Assembly (NCBI RefSeq): GCF_009914755.1
Contig: NC_060936.1
Reading direction: 5' to 3' (one strand)
Origin: the human T2T-CHM13v2.0 reference genome, Homo sapiens
Length of the DNA: 64,000 bases
The translations under genes were made by a program, and so were the position numbers. Positions within the stretch are counted from its first letter, which is position 1. Each line of letters starts with the position of its first letter. This document shows, piece after piece, positions 1-34,486 of the stretch. The notes under the pieces are model-generated. The model worked only from the letters and a program-made list of their open reading frames with translations, searched no databases and was not told the DNA's origin.

Positions 1-623
1 TCACCTTTCGTTCACGCTGTGGTGCCCAGGAGATGCCTGGACACACTCAGGTGGCTCTCCCTCACATAGCGCCTTTTCTCTCACTGCCTACCATACCTCA
101 CATCATTCCTGCCTTTTTACTGCCTTTTATTTTCCTCTCCTTTTATGCACCCACCCTTTCTACTTACATTTCCTCTCCCCTTTTCCCTCTGGGGCTTGGT
201 TTCTTCCCATCCTTCTCACTCTCTAAAATCCTGTCCTCTTTCCATCCCAAATGCTTTCCTCTATAACTACCACCACCAGCAACAGCTCTCCATCACCCGT
301 CTCTGTGCTTCCCCTCCCAGGCCTGAGGCACCACAAGGGCGTAAGTGATTTATGAGCCACCTTTTAAACTCAGAAACCAAAAACTTCTGGTGCTTCAAGG
401 GGGCATACTGTGCAATCTTACTGCTGTGATCAGACTCAGTGATAAGGATATCTAGACCAAGACAGTCTCATGGAGAAAGCAAGAAGGCAGAAGGGAAGAC
501 TATGGAGCTGGGGCGGGGACTGGCCAGAAAGTCTGGGCAGTGAAGTCTTACTAACCATTATTAGTGTTTTTGGTGAGTTTCACACTGTGGGTGACGATGG
601 AGACAAGTCCAAGTAGGAGGTGA

Positions 624-3276
<2,653 letters not shown>

Positions 3277-4610
3277 CTATGTAAAAACGGGATTTTGTTT
3301 CATATGGACAAAAATCTGGTCAAGCACACAAATGTAAAAATATGTCATATTAACATCATAGGATTATAGTTTTCCCAATGTCTACTTTTGTCAATTTTTT
3401 GCTATGATTACAATAAAAAGATAAAATACTTTGTGAAAAATGAAATAATTATCCCATATTTGAGCTGAGTCCCCTTAGGAAACTGATACCCAGAGAGGGG
3501 AATTAATTTAGCCAATATTACTCAACCTTGTGAATAACAAAGCCAGACTTAAATTCTTACCTAAGGATTTTGCCCAGTGCCTGGGCTGTTCCGAGGTGGT
3601 ATATTGGTTAATTCGGGAGTGATGCCAGTTGTGAGCTTATTGTTTCCTAGCTTCTCTCAATCCATACATAACTGCGACTCTCTTTGTGCCCTCAGAATTC
3701 CAACCTGCTTGTTGCTCTTCCAATAGCATGGGGTCTGTACAGCTATTCTGGTACAGGTCTAAGAGTAGCTTTTCATTTACCTCCATTAATGATTTCTTCC
3801 TTTTGGCCCAGAGAAGTCCACAAAGCACCTTCCAAAGCCCCTTCCAAGTGCCTTTCAATCACATTCATAAATGATTTGGGGATTATCTACCGCCTTGAAT
3901 TATTTAGGCCATTGCTTCCCCTCCATTAAAGTGACTCAACTTGGACTCAGTGAAATTTAATATATTCAAATGAAGACAAAAATGTATTCAGAGAGTTATA
4001 TTCAAATGAATATAGCCTTCCAACTTATATACACACAGACCTGCCATTTCCTTGTGGAGTAAAGGGGGCTGTCTGTCCCATCTCTTCTTTGAAGATAGCA
4101 ACAGTTATTCAATTGAGATCTCTAATGAGGATTGGGGAATCCTTACCTGCGGCTACCTGCACTGCCATCCCCTCAACTTCCCTCTTTTATACACACCCCC
4201 TTCTCATTCCCTTCCTGGGACCACCTAAAACAGGCTTGGGAATTAAGAAAGCATTGGGATTCCAGGCCCTCCAACTCCCCATACTAGGGTAAAAATTGAA
4301 GTCATTCAGGATGCAGAAATAATCCAAGTATTTCTCAGATTTTCAGGAAGGTGATACAGTCCAGAGCAAAGATTATTCTAACTCAGAACACATGAGAGTG
4401 GATGCTAAGTTGATTCATTGCCCAGAGCTCTGCAGAAGTGAAGTTCCAGCCATCTGTTTGAGTGAAGAAGATACTGCCTGGAGGCAGAGGATACACAGCC
4501 TTAGAGGGCCTCAATTGCCCCTTTCGTGAGCTTCTACATTCCTAGCATCTGTGTTGTGGTGCATACATGTCCCTGCACAACATCTATTTTTCCAACTCCT
4601 TCATCTCCAC

Positions 4611-8320
<3,710 letters not shown>

Positions 8321-9534
8321 TTAATGAAGACAAAAGGAGAGGCAAAATTGCCCAGTTCCTGACTTCTCCAGCACACTGAGGCAAGATTCCTGGGAGGAGA
8401 GCTATGAGCAATGATGAGGTCATCTGAATGAACGCCATGCAGGCACAGCCCCTCACTGAGGGAAACAAAAACCAAGACATAGTTTAGGAATACAAGCGTG
8501 GGTGTCAAAACCCTGGAGTTGTGCTTTCCAGTGGGCCTGAGACAGAGACAAAGTGACATGATGTTTAGAGAGCAAGAAAGAGATCGAAAGGGAAGAGGGC
8601 AAGCAGTCTCAGGCTTCCATGGTAGGAAATAAATAATGTCCAGAAGGGTCTGGCTCTGAAGTGGACCAAATGGCTCTCCTGTCCCATGTTTATGAGGTCA
8701 TGGACCATTAAGCCAGCCAACCTACAGATGTCTTCATAAGACTTTACGAGATTAGACTGGGGAGACCCTATAACTCAGCAAGAAAGGAAAACAAGAGGGG
8801 AGAATTGCAGGTAAGAGATGGTAGAAACAAGTGCTCCGCTCCAGAGGCCTCACATATCAGTGGGAGGATATCTGGGTTTGGTGACCCCTTCATCTTCCTC
8901 ACTTCTCTCTTCTGTGAGTTTCTGCCTATCTCCATTAGATTCAGGGCTACATCAGGCTTATATTATTCGATAATTTCTTGATTATCCACATACTTTCCTC
9001 CTCCTAACTTCCAACTGACCTCACACCATGTTCCTGACCTGCAAGCCTTCCATCCTCAGAGAAGTTTCTTTGGTATTTGTGAAGCAAATCAGAAAGATAA
9101 AATACAAAGTTTACAAATTCACATATTTTCAAACCTGATTTAGACTGCATTTGCTTGATGTGGTATTCCATAAGTTCTAATAGCCATGAGATGACTCTTC
9201 CAGGGATCCCTAGGTTGCTGAAGCCTAATATTTATTCTCTGAACCATTAGGAGCAGAGAAGAGCATGGAAACCAGGAAAGGTACACACTGAACCAGTTAA
9301 GGAAATAAGAGTAGGAAACAGGATACGCATTATCTTATTTCCTCAGGCTTGCGCCAACCTGTGGTTATTTGCAGAAAGTCAGAGACCAATAATCCTTAGA
9401 AAAGAAGCCCATGTTCTCCAAGTCTTGTTGCTCTTTCAGAAATTGAGCTGACACTCCAGGGCCCAAATTAAAGAAGGGGCATAAGACCCAGATCTTTAAA
9501 CCACCACTCAGAATCCATATTTGAAAAGCAACCA

Positions 9535-9540
9535 TTTATT
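9535..9540 (-). terminator. CBX5: Distal poly(A) signal of CBX5
   Basis: tttatt on plus = AATAAA on minus, followed by a GU-rich downstream element. Confidence 0.8.
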
Positions 9541-9970
9541 AGAACCAATACAAGAGTATGAAAAGGGGGAAAAGAGGAGGGTAGAAGAGGGGGAGAGAAT
9601 GAGGTCTGCATCAGATGTCAGTTATGGAAACACATAAATGCTTACTTTTTAAACATTTACATTTAAAAGGTGAACATATATATAGACCACTTATACTTTA
9701 AAAAAAAAATCAAAAGCAGACATGTTTGGCTGAAATAAAACCAAGAAACACAGCTAAAACTCCCCCATAAACCTAAAAGTCCATGGAGAATTCAATTTCT
9801 CATTTCCATTCAGAAATCTGGCTACAAAGTGATTTGTTTGCTATTTGGGACAGTACAGAGTGCTGAAAGAAACCCAGCTCTTGAGTCTCTTAGATCCCAT
9901 CCTGTAGGAAGTGGTGGGAAAGCCAGCGGACCATGGGCAAGTCAACTCCTGGCTACTTGGCAGGGAGTCA

Positions 9971-10050
9971 GACTGTGCTCTCTCCATTCCCCAGGACTCC
10001 ACAGAACCATCTGGTACTGCTAGTGCTGGGTGAACAGTGAGAGCAGAGTC
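9971..10050 (-). ncRNA. MIR3198-2: MIR3198-2 precursor hairpin (mature sequence at 9981-10002)
   Basis: Minus strand GTGGAGTCCTGGGGAATGGAGA matches miR-3198 as I recall it; terminal arms GACTCTGCTCTC / GAGAGCACAGTC pair. Confidence 0.8.
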
Positions 10051-10994
10051 CACAAAACACAGAGAACCAGAATGTGACCGCAAGGAGCCAGGACCTTGTG
10101 CTTTTTCATGGATTACAAATCTAGGGCCAAGGAGAGGGAAAGCAGAAAGAGCCCTATTGGGAAGAGGAGCTGGCTGCGCCCCTAAACTGAGATGGAAAGA
10201 GTAAGGCTCTTGAGCCCACACCTGGCCAAGTAGAAATAGTGTCCAAAGTTTTCTCAAACCAGAGGGAAAAAAGGTCAAGGTTAGGTTCAGACTGCAGACA
10301 CTAAGAGATGACAGATGTTGAATACGGTGAATGGGATGAAGCTTTAAGGATCAATGCCCAATTCTGAGTGTTATACACATTTCTAGGAAAAATAATTCCA
10401 ATGTAGCTTTTGGGGGTGGGGGGTGGAAATAAGGTGGTCACATTTATTCAATCAGCTGGTCCCTATGAGGAAGGAGAGGCCCAGGTACAGATACCACAAA
10501 GGGGTACAGTGACCCAGCTGTCCTGGGATTGGTTGGGGAGTGGTAAGCAATGACATAAATCAAAACCATTGAGGGTTGCTTTGATCCTGAGACAGTCTGA
10601 GTCTGCTTCAAACCCATGGGGAAAGGAACTTTAATCCCCAACCTGCAGAGAGAAATACGCAGTAGCATCCCTGCCTCACGATTCCCTAATCCAATGCTCT
10701 TGAATCTGAAATGGCCTCCCTCTGTGAATGCAAGACACAGAAAATCCCAAGTGCCTTCCCCAACAACATCCTAAGTAAGTCTGGACTAGTAAGATTCCAA
10801 CATTCATGAAAACACTGTCAACATCTGAACTAGCAGCTTTGATGAGGGGTGGGGGGCAGAAAATTTGCCGAGTCACTAAGTAGTTCCAGTCTTGGAGACA
10901 GCTCAGTGAGGACCAAAGCCTGTGTGTCAGGCTTAAACTCTGGCTCAAGACATCCTCCACAGAGGACCCTGAAGTATTCTATTAACTTTGATTT

Positions 10995-11110
10995 ACAATG
11001 CCTCACAACAACACCCCTGTGAGGTAGGTCAGTATTATTAACCCCATTTGACAGATGGGGAACTGAGGCATTGAAAGAAGTGACTTGCCCAAGGTCAACC
11101 ATTATCAATC
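10995..11110 (-). mobile_element. MIR core in the CBX5 3'UTR
   Basis: ccccatttgacagatggggaactgaggc...gtgacttgcccaaggtca. Confidence 0.8.
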
Positions 11111-12222
11111 AGTTGAGGAGGTGGGCACACAGAGTCAGCATCCACTCGATTCTTGTTCCATTTCCCAGAGCATTTTACCTCTCAGAGTGTACTTGGGAGC
11201 AGAGGGAAGTTGGCAGGATACACCTCATTCCACAAACTAGATTAATTCAATAACTGAAGGGTATTAACTGAGGGCCTATTATTTATCTAGTATAATGTGA
11301 GGAATCTTGGAAAAATGAACTGCTTCTGAAAGTCATGTTATAGATGTTTTGAAAATAAAATTACATCTTTAACATTAAGGACATGAATTATTTTGTAAAG
11401 AAATATTCACTTTATCTTAGGAGGTGAAGGACTAAGTCACACTGATTTCTCAGAGTTTTATACTGAGTAACCTGAATTCCTAAAATCCAGAAAGCAAGAT
11501 CACATTCCAACAGAAACAATGAATAAGAACCTTTTCCCCAGTGGTGGTTCTTGGTAGCGCTCTTATAAAGCTGCAAGTTGGTGGCGTGGGAATCCTAGCA
11601 CCACAAAACACCCTCTTACTACATCACATCCCTCCCCACAATACCCAGAGGGCTGCATTTTTCCAACCTTTCTGCCTCAGCTCAACTTCAAGAGTTACAG
11701 CATCTTCAAAAACACCTCAAGGGTAAGGATACAAATGGTGACCCCTGCTTTTCTATTCAGGGAGAGGGGATGAAAATATTCTCTGTAACTAATCATATAG
11801 ACTCTTGAATTCTTTCCTCCTGTGAGAGATGTAACTCTTTAACAAAAAAAAGGTAGAAGAAAAAACAGTTATGTCTTTTCTCCCCCTTTGGATTTACTTT
11901 GGATTCTGGTAGAAATCATTATGTCTCTTATCCTAAACTGAGGAGGTGAGGGGTGAGGGTGACACGAGACAAACACCAAACTCACCACCAGCCCTCGTTT
12001 AGAATCCAATCCTAAAGCTACCGGAAACCAGAACACTGACTTGAGCCTTAAGAGTGTTGTGACATGATTAAACTGTCTTTTCAGGTGTTCTCAAAGAATT
12101 TCTAGGCAGAAAGCCTCTCCTTTCTTCCATACCTCTTCACAGCAGCCAGTGTAGGAAGTCCCCACATACAACAGAAACTCAAAAGATGATTTATCAACAC
12201 ATACAGTAAAATGTTCACTAGG

Positions 12223-12780
12223 GGCCGGGTGCGGTGGCTTATGCTTGTAATCCCAGCACTTTGGGAGGCTGAGGCACGTGGATCACTTGAGCTCACGAGT
12301 TGGAGACCAGCCTGGGCAACACAGGGAGACTGTCTCTACAAAACATTTTTTAAATAATAAAATTAGCCAGACACCGTGGTGTGCGCCTGTAGTCCCAGCT
12401 GCTTGGGAGGCTGAGGCAGGAGGATCATTTGAGCCCAGGAGATTGAGGCTGCAGTGAGCTGTAATAAAGATACTGTGGCCGGGTGCTGGCTCACGCCTGC
12501 AATCCCAGCACTTTGAGTGGCCGAGGCAGGCGGATCACAAGGTCAGGAGTTCAAGACCAGCACGGCCAAGATGGTGAACCCTGTCTCTACTAAAAATACA
12601 AAAATTAGCCGGGCATGGTGGCAGGCGCCTATAATCCCAGCTGCTCAGGAGGCTGAGGCAGAGAACTGCTTGAACCCGGGAGGCGGAGGTTGCAGTGAGC
12701 CAAGATCACGCCACTGCACTCCAGCCTGGGCAAAAGAGCAAGTTTCCATCTCAAAAAAAAAAAAAAAAAAAAAAAAAAAA
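12223..12780 (+). mobile_element. Two tandem Alus in the CBX5 3'UTR (antisense in the mRNA)
   Basis: Truncated AluJ-like copy (12223-12465) and a full AluS-like copy (12477-12780). Confidence 0.88.
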
Positions 12781-13908
12781 GGTTCAATATGGATACTCTA
12801 GGTACAGGAACCATTCCAAGACCTAAATAGATTTTTTTTTTTTTCCTCACTGATAGCTGATCACATTAAACAGGTACAGGTGCTAAGAAAGTTTAAGACT
12901 GATCTTTTGGCAATGACAGTTTAGGTTAACTCTGTTTGGAATTCCTAAAAATAAAAAGAAATCCCTTAAAAAAGGCTGACAAACTGACCACTTGGCCTTG
13001 AATCGACTGTTAGGGTCACACCTGCCAATGCCAGGGGACATCACAAAAAAATAGAGAATGCCAAGATAAAAAGTTCACTGCATTCAATTTGGCCTAATTT
13101 CTTGATAATAGTTTCCTATTAGATTTTCCGATTAATACTGATGGCTCTTACCTAGGCTGTGATAATTAGGTTTTGATCTATTGTGACATTAATGATCACA
13201 ATCAGTTGACTTTGAAATTGTCTTAATTAATGGCTCTTTCCTTGTCAGCTTTTGCCTCCAGTGCAGGATTCATTCCCTTCCCCACTGCCTTGTTTTAACT
13301 CCTTCTCTTACTGACCTCAGAAACAAATAGCATTGGAGGATCACTTTCTTCCCATAAAACAAGACTTTAAACTATTTTAAAACATTTCTCTTGACAGAGG
13401 AGCAATATGAGATGATGTTAGATGAAATGAGGATCAGAATGAAAAGGCAAGAGAACAAGCTGTCAATGAACAGGAAAAATTCCATCTTAGAAAACAACCA
13501 AAGTCAAGCACAATGTTAAAGTGACAAGTTGAAGTAACTCTAAAAAGACAAGATGAGGTAGATTAAAATCCAAGAAAGTCAGCACAAGCAAAAAGAAACC
13601 AGAATTGTTTTTATGAAACTATCTAAAAAACTTCACACTTTAACTTTCCAGAGCAGTTACTCTAATTCCTGGGAATTCTGACTTCCAAAGTTAGTCAACT
13701 CTCAATTATCCAGGCAGAAATAAATATCTTTTTCTTGTGGTCATCCATGGGTCAGAATCGACAACATCCTTACGATCAGACTGTTTCTTAACCCAGCTAC
13801 GCTTCGATGATTAAATCTGAGACTCAGATTTAATATACAAGGTATATGTATTTCTGGCAAAGGTTTCCACATAACTGATACAATTCTCTGCTTAGAAATC
13901 ACCCTCTC

Positions 13909-14249
<341 letters not shown>

Positions 14250-16483
14250 TCAGGTATTAACAGATGTGCTCCAAGACTTCTCTTTAGAAAATCTCTTGTC
14301 ATTGGAAAGCATGTCCGTTTTAGGCTTAAAGGCAGTTAAGTCTCATGTTCATTCCTCCAAAAGGGATGAGAAATTGAAAAAGGTGTGAGCAACTCTGGTA
14401 AAGTGTCCATGAGGAATATGTTGTTATAGAACCCACAATAATGTAACACAACTGAATCTGCAACATAGTTAATGCTTTCCACAAGCAAAGATTAACTCTA
14501 CCACTACTTTGGCCAAGAATCTAAACCAGGGATGAAAATCAGGAGTTCTCAATCCCAACTCACCTGTTTTCTCTCTCAGTAATAACAGCATTTCCAACCC
14601 TCCAGCTATATTTATTTCCTGGAATATGTTCTTGTGTTCTATGGCCAGCTGGCTCAGTTCACCCAATGTTATAGGTCTTTTCCACATATAGGCCGAAATT
14701 AATGTCAACTTCTTACTCCAGGGCTACAAACTATACAACATCAGCCAGTCTGTCTCTGCCCCCAAGTCAGAAATGTGTATTGGTTTATAGCATTTATTAT
14801 ACCAAACTATTTTTTTTTTGAACAGAAACATAGCTTGTAAGCACTTAAACTATTAATGGTCAGTTCATCATACACCAGTATGAAAGTTATTTGAGGGCAG
14901 GGATGGCCTCTTTCTGAACCTTGTATCTTCAGGCCAAAAAAATGTCTGTTGAATGAAACCAATGTTGATGTACAGCAATGTGGCTGGAATTTAGAAAGCT
15001 TAATAAAAATTGGGTGAGGGGGCATCTAATTCAGAACATGTTTTTGGGTGTAAGGCTAGTATCATCTACTTTTGAAAACATAATTTTTATGATTAGCAGG
15101 TAAAGGTAGCATGAAACTGCAATACACTGGCTCCAGACCTTTCCTCTCTGCCTTGCCACAGGCATGCTTGGTGGTCTGATTACAAAAGTACGGATCTCAA
15201 CACTATATTTTTTATTCTAAAATCTCAACCAAAATGATGGGATCATGGGTGCAAAGTGGGTTTTTCCTTTAAATTGTGAGAAACCATTTCCACATTTCAG
15301 ATCTAATGGTGTTCTCATGACATTGCAAAGTAGTATTTTATGCCCTCAAAACTGAACCTTAAGGTAGAGACAATTGCTCCCCGGGCCAAACACAGATCCC
15401 TCCAACCCCTCACTGTACCTTAGGAAAGCTGGGGTAAACTACAGATTCAACAAAATCTCAATAAGAAAATCCCAAAAACCTTCCCCAATGCCCTGTGGTT
15501 TGGCCTGAACATAGGGAAAATGGACTGCTGGGTGGCTACAGAACAGGAATGAAGAGTTAAGAATAATAAATGCCTAAGTTACAGGGACAGAACCAATCTT
15601 TCATTAATGACACAAAGTAGAATGCACAAAGTAGTATGCAGTATGGCTGGGGGACAGTCAAGGACCATCTAGACTTTTAATTGTTAGAAGCACCACAGGT
15701 CCAAATGCTCCCCAGAGTGGACCAAAACTGGATTTTGTCCATGGCAACACTGTTCTCCACTATTCTGTCTATAATGAGAATATATCAATAGCAGGAAATC
15801 TACTTTCACACATGGCAAACCGCGAAGAAAAACAAGGATAACCTCAGACCACTTTTACTTGCTGTAAGTGGGAAAAACAAACAAACAAACAAAAAACCCC
15901 AGCAAATAAAGGATTTTCCATGAACAGAAAAGCAAATATAAATGCAGTTGATAAACTAGAAAGCAATCATCAACTAATTGCAGACTATAAAGATACCCAA
16001 AAATCCTTCTCAAAATAGCACCCCAGTGGATGGTAGTCAAGCTTTCCAGCAACCAGTTATTGATGATTCATGGCCTACATCAAATGAATAAGACTTCGAT
16101 TTTTGATACCAACAATGTCCCCAAACCAAACTTAACAAAGCTAATGACTGCTTCTCAGTAATTCAGGAAAAATTTAGAAATATAGCATTGTGAGCAAAAA
16201 ACAGAAGCTTGTTTTGGGGACAGGAATTCCAAGAGTCTGAGTGAAGATGTGGTTGGAAGCCTTCTCAAACATGCAAGTCCAGGGCTTTTCTCATCCTGCC
16301 TTCCCATCACCTGACCCTCCTCTGAAACCACCCCTCAAGTCTTTAGCAAAGTCAGGTATTACAGAGGACAGAGCAACAAAGAGGGCAACTGGAATTTAAA
16401 AAAAATTGTATTACTGAAAGTGCTCCATGAGAGCAAACAAATAATGACAATTTTATTTTTGTCCACAAAAATTTAATAGAGGT

Positions 16484-16847
<364 letters not shown>

Positions 16848-18959
16848 CTACCTCCAAGAATCATCCACGGAAGGATGTCAGCCATTTAACCAGGGCTACG
16901 GATCAAAAAGGAAAAAATACAGTCAGTGGACAAGTAGAAGAGTCTCCTGAAAAATATCCGTATTTGAAAAGGCAGCAGGAGTTGATAGAAAACATAACTA
17001 AAAAAGTAGAAGACACTGTTAAATTTGAATCTGGATCCTATATAGCTTCTTCTCTGGGATCTACTGAGGAGTGAAATCTAAATGAAGATTTAGCTTAGAA
17101 AGCATGAAGATAGTATGTTCCAATTTTAAATAAAAATTATATTGTCTGAAAGACAATACAATTTTAGTACTGGGGGAAAAAAAACTAGATTGTTATTTGA
17201 AGAAGAAAACATCATGGTTCTCTCCAGGTTTAAAATGGGTGCTCCCATGTAGGCTGATTTTCCCGGCATTTGATCTTAACTTGAAGGCCATCTGCCCAGC
17301 CCAGCAATCAAAGGGCTGCTAAGCTGTCCTTGGTAGCCTCTACTGGGCAAAGCTGTGCTATAACTCTGAAGAAAGGGAGATCTTTTAATGTTGATTACTG
17401 AAAGGCTTAGAAAGATGTCTTGAAAGAGGACTAAACACAAGAAAAATAAATTTTTAGCATTTGAGACTTAGGTGTTTAAGAGTGCTTAGCTCTTAACTAT
17501 TAACTCTTCTGAGGGGAGAAAGCTCCATGAAACAGGTTTCTGTTTGAGGCTGTAATTCTTCTAGGGCAAGAACATCTACTCAACACTAACAAATGCTGGA
17601 AGCAGGCATCTGATTTCCTTTGTGCTAAGGGCTGAAATCAATACTGGCCTCTGGCTCCCTACATTCCTATAGAACCAGCTGCAGGTAGGCAGGAAGAGAA
17701 CAAAAGTTGTTTTGGCGGCACTCAGTACAATAAACCGAAGACAAAAAAGACAGAGTAAAGTCTATTAACAGATGGTAAGTAGTAGATGATACTGGGGTTA
17801 TTTCGGTAAAAGAATATCAGATTTTTATGAATGTCTTAAATATTACCTATAACCACAGCAGCCACATGCCCCAGGTTTCTCAGAACCAATCTCAGTACCA
17901 AATATTGTCATGTTCTTTGTCCACATACTAGGTTTTTGGTTTTAAAAATAAGGTCGCTGCAGTTTACATGCCCACTGCTACTGGGAGGCATACACTGGGC
18001 CACTTGGATAGGCTGTCATTTTCTGCAAATCAAGAGACCCATATCACCTCCTCAGGAGCTCTGGCCTATTTTTGTCCTATTCTTGTCTACCCTAATTGAT
18101 ATCCTTGGCTACATTTATGATAAATGTTTCCTGACCATCCTTTCCTTCTTTTAGATACCGATCAGATTAAGTACAAGCAATTGTCAATTATCCAGCACTT
18201 GATCTAGGCCTTTAATTCCTTCAGAGAGAGAAGGAATATAGAGATAAAACTCCCACCCACTTGAGGTATGGTTTATGAGCTCTTGCCCAATCACATTACC
18301 ATTCAGAAGGATTTTCCTGGCTGACTTAAACCAAAAGCTTCATTGTTCCAGTCTGTCATGTCACTGCAGCAACAGCTGTCACCTCAATTATGCAGTATAA
18401 TTTTTGACATAATTTATATAAGCACACAGAATTCAATCAGCAGCTGAGCAGGGAAGCAATGTTAACAAATGCTATGAATGGGTATATGATTTGCATATTA
18501 TGTGGCTCATCTGTGGACTGGAGCAATCCATCCATTCCCCTCATTACTCTGAATAATCTAGAAATGGTAGATGCTCCTGGCCAGACAGCTGTATGTTTTA
18601 AAAATCAAAAACAACAAGAAAAGCAGCCTCATGGCTGGTGCGCTCTAGAATTAAGGCTATATTAAGCATTTATTCTTATTTCCTCAGCTTTGGGGCTGGG
18701 ACAAGGATCCTCAAAACCCTGCTATTTCCTTACTTTTAATTGTGATTCTCTAGCCCTCCTCAACTACAAAAAGAAAAGGATAAAGTAGGGCATTTCTTGG
18801 GGGACAAAGGCAGAAGGATATGATCAGACAAATTTCTCAATAGCAACACAAGAAGAAACCAAAACGAAGTATTTTGCTGAGTAAGAAGAAAAGGGTGTGT
18901 CAACATGCTAATGCCAGGGCCTGTCACTTTCCAAGGTGACAGTCTTTCAGGAACATGCC

Positions 18960-19100
18960 TTTATTTTTATTTATATTTTTTAGAGACAGGGGGTCTCACT
19001 ACATTGCCCAGGCTGGTCTCAAACTTCTGGCTTCAAGCAATTCTCCTGCCTCAGCCTCCCAAAGTGCTGGGATTACAGGCGGTAGCCACTGTGCCTGGCC
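18960..19100 (-). mobile_element. FLAM / left-arm Alu monomer in the CBX5 3'UTR (sense in the mRNA)
   Basis: gagacagggggtctcactac...cccaaagtgctgggattacaggc. Confidence 0.8.
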
Positions 19101-20328
19101 ATGAAAATTCATTTTAAAAAATAAGATACAACTATAAGTTTGAGGGTAGAAAAAGGGAAGAGCATTAATATTTTGGGGACTCTTGGTGGTAAATCCAGGA
19201 GCCAAGAATGCAGGAGACATAACTGCTATGAACACTTAAAATTGATATTGTGGCCAACAGCTCACCTCTAAAACTTCCCCACTGAAAATAATGGCATGGA
19301 AGGGAAACTCGGGTCCACTGAGAAGTGAGGGTCAGGTTTGAAGCCTCTTTGGTAACAGGAATGCTTTGGGAGGCCACAAAAGTTGGCAGGGTTGGAGGGT
19401 GCCTAGCACCTTGGCACAAGCAAGCACCAGGCAATCACTCACACCTACATAAATATACAGTCTAAATATGAGGAATGGAAAGAAATCATACATACATACC
19501 ATATATGATAATAAAGACAATTGTACCCTACCCCATCATCCTCATGTACTATAGCTACAAATCTGCACAGTTAATAATCTTGTCATTTTATCACAAATTG
19601 ATATCACTTTACAGAAGCAGAAGTGGGGAGTGCTAAAAGCAATACCGAAAGTCCTGGGGCTAAAAAGAGTGTCTTGACAGATTTCAGTGTAAAATTTCAA
19701 ATCTTCCAAAGGATGGAGTAATTCTGGGAGGATGAGTGAGGATGAACAACAGAGGGTGGCCCAGAAGACCACACCAGAAACCCTGTATTCTCCTGGGTAG
19801 AGCTGAACAAGGTTGGGAAAGCCCCAACAGGTAGGCAGTTGCTATTGGCTTTTTAACAGATGGGCAACATCCTTTCCATCTCAACATGTCAGAACAAAGG
19901 CCAGCTAGTCAGCAACATGTTCTAAGAACCAAAGCAAGAAACCAAAATTCAACATCATTGTAACAAAATCCCCCAACCTAAAAAGCGACCAACCCTGAAA
20001 AGATCAAGACTCTAAGGTGATTAAAAAGTTGAAACTCATCTTGAGGTCACAGGGAAGCAGAAGGAAGAGATCAGGGCAAAGGAAAAAAAAATTGTGGGTA
20101 TTACACTCAGTATGTAAATGCCTGGTCTTCACAGAGAGACACTTATCATTAATCAGACCATCAGTTATGTTACAAGAGAACCAATACCAACATTTCTCCT
20201 GTGGAGCACAGTGATAAGCACATTTTTTATGGATGTGTTTAGGATAGAAAGGGGTGGGTAGAAAGGAGAGGAGGCAGGGAGGTGAATGTATTATGTACAA
20301 AGAGAAATGACAGAGACCATCCCCTCCT

Positions 20329-20544
<216 letters not shown>

Positions 20545-20816
20545 TTATGTCATTATATGGATTTAGTTGACTTGATTTCCTCCTCACCTTGGTTTCAAGG
20601 TGAAAAGGACCCTTTCAATATTTTCAAGAAGAAATGTAAGTAAATGGATTAATAGCTAATATATTATACAGAAACAGATGTCTGTAGCTAGAATTTAGAT
20701 GTAAACCATGGTGGGCTTAGGTTAAAAAGATGAATAATAAATAATATTAATCTGCTTCCAAAATTTTTATTTGTGAATATGAGCATGTGAGTGAACCCAA
20801 TCAAACCTACATTCAG

Positions 20817-24565
<3,749 letters not shown>

Positions 24566-24686
24566 AAGATCTCTGACATTCAAAATTCATGGTTTGGGAA
24601 TATGCAGTCTTGCCACCCTATCTTCCACACAAATTCAAGTCACTGGCAAAGAAACACAATTGTAAAGCGAAGCCAAATCTCTCTCA

Positions 24687-24788
<102 letters not shown>

Positions 24789-25074
24789 CTATAAATAGAA
24801 GATAAAGAAAGGTTACAGCTTGTGGAAAGAGTAAAGAAACTCCCTGCTTCTAGGCTCAACAAAACATAACCTAAGTTAATATCTCCTGATATCATTTCTT
24901 TCACCAATTCAGAAAAATTTTTAGAACTTAATACTAAGTACTGACAGTGACAATGAAGTGACAGTGATGTCAAGAGATATTTTTGTAAGATGTGATTATC
25001 TTTCCTGGAATTCCTCCAGAAGACTGGTGGTGAACCCTAAAAGTCTCTAATGTCCTATAAGATACTCCGGAGTC

Positions 25075-30492
<5,418 letters not shown>

Positions 30493-30522
30493 TCAACAAT
30501 TTACCTTATAGGTCCATCCTTA

Positions 30523-30921
<399 letters not shown>

Positions 30922-30939
30922 TTAAAGAAGATAACAAAT

Positions 30940-32695
<1,756 letters not shown>

Positions 32696-32706
32696 CCCAA
32701 AATTCA

Positions 32707-34486
<1,780 letters not shown>

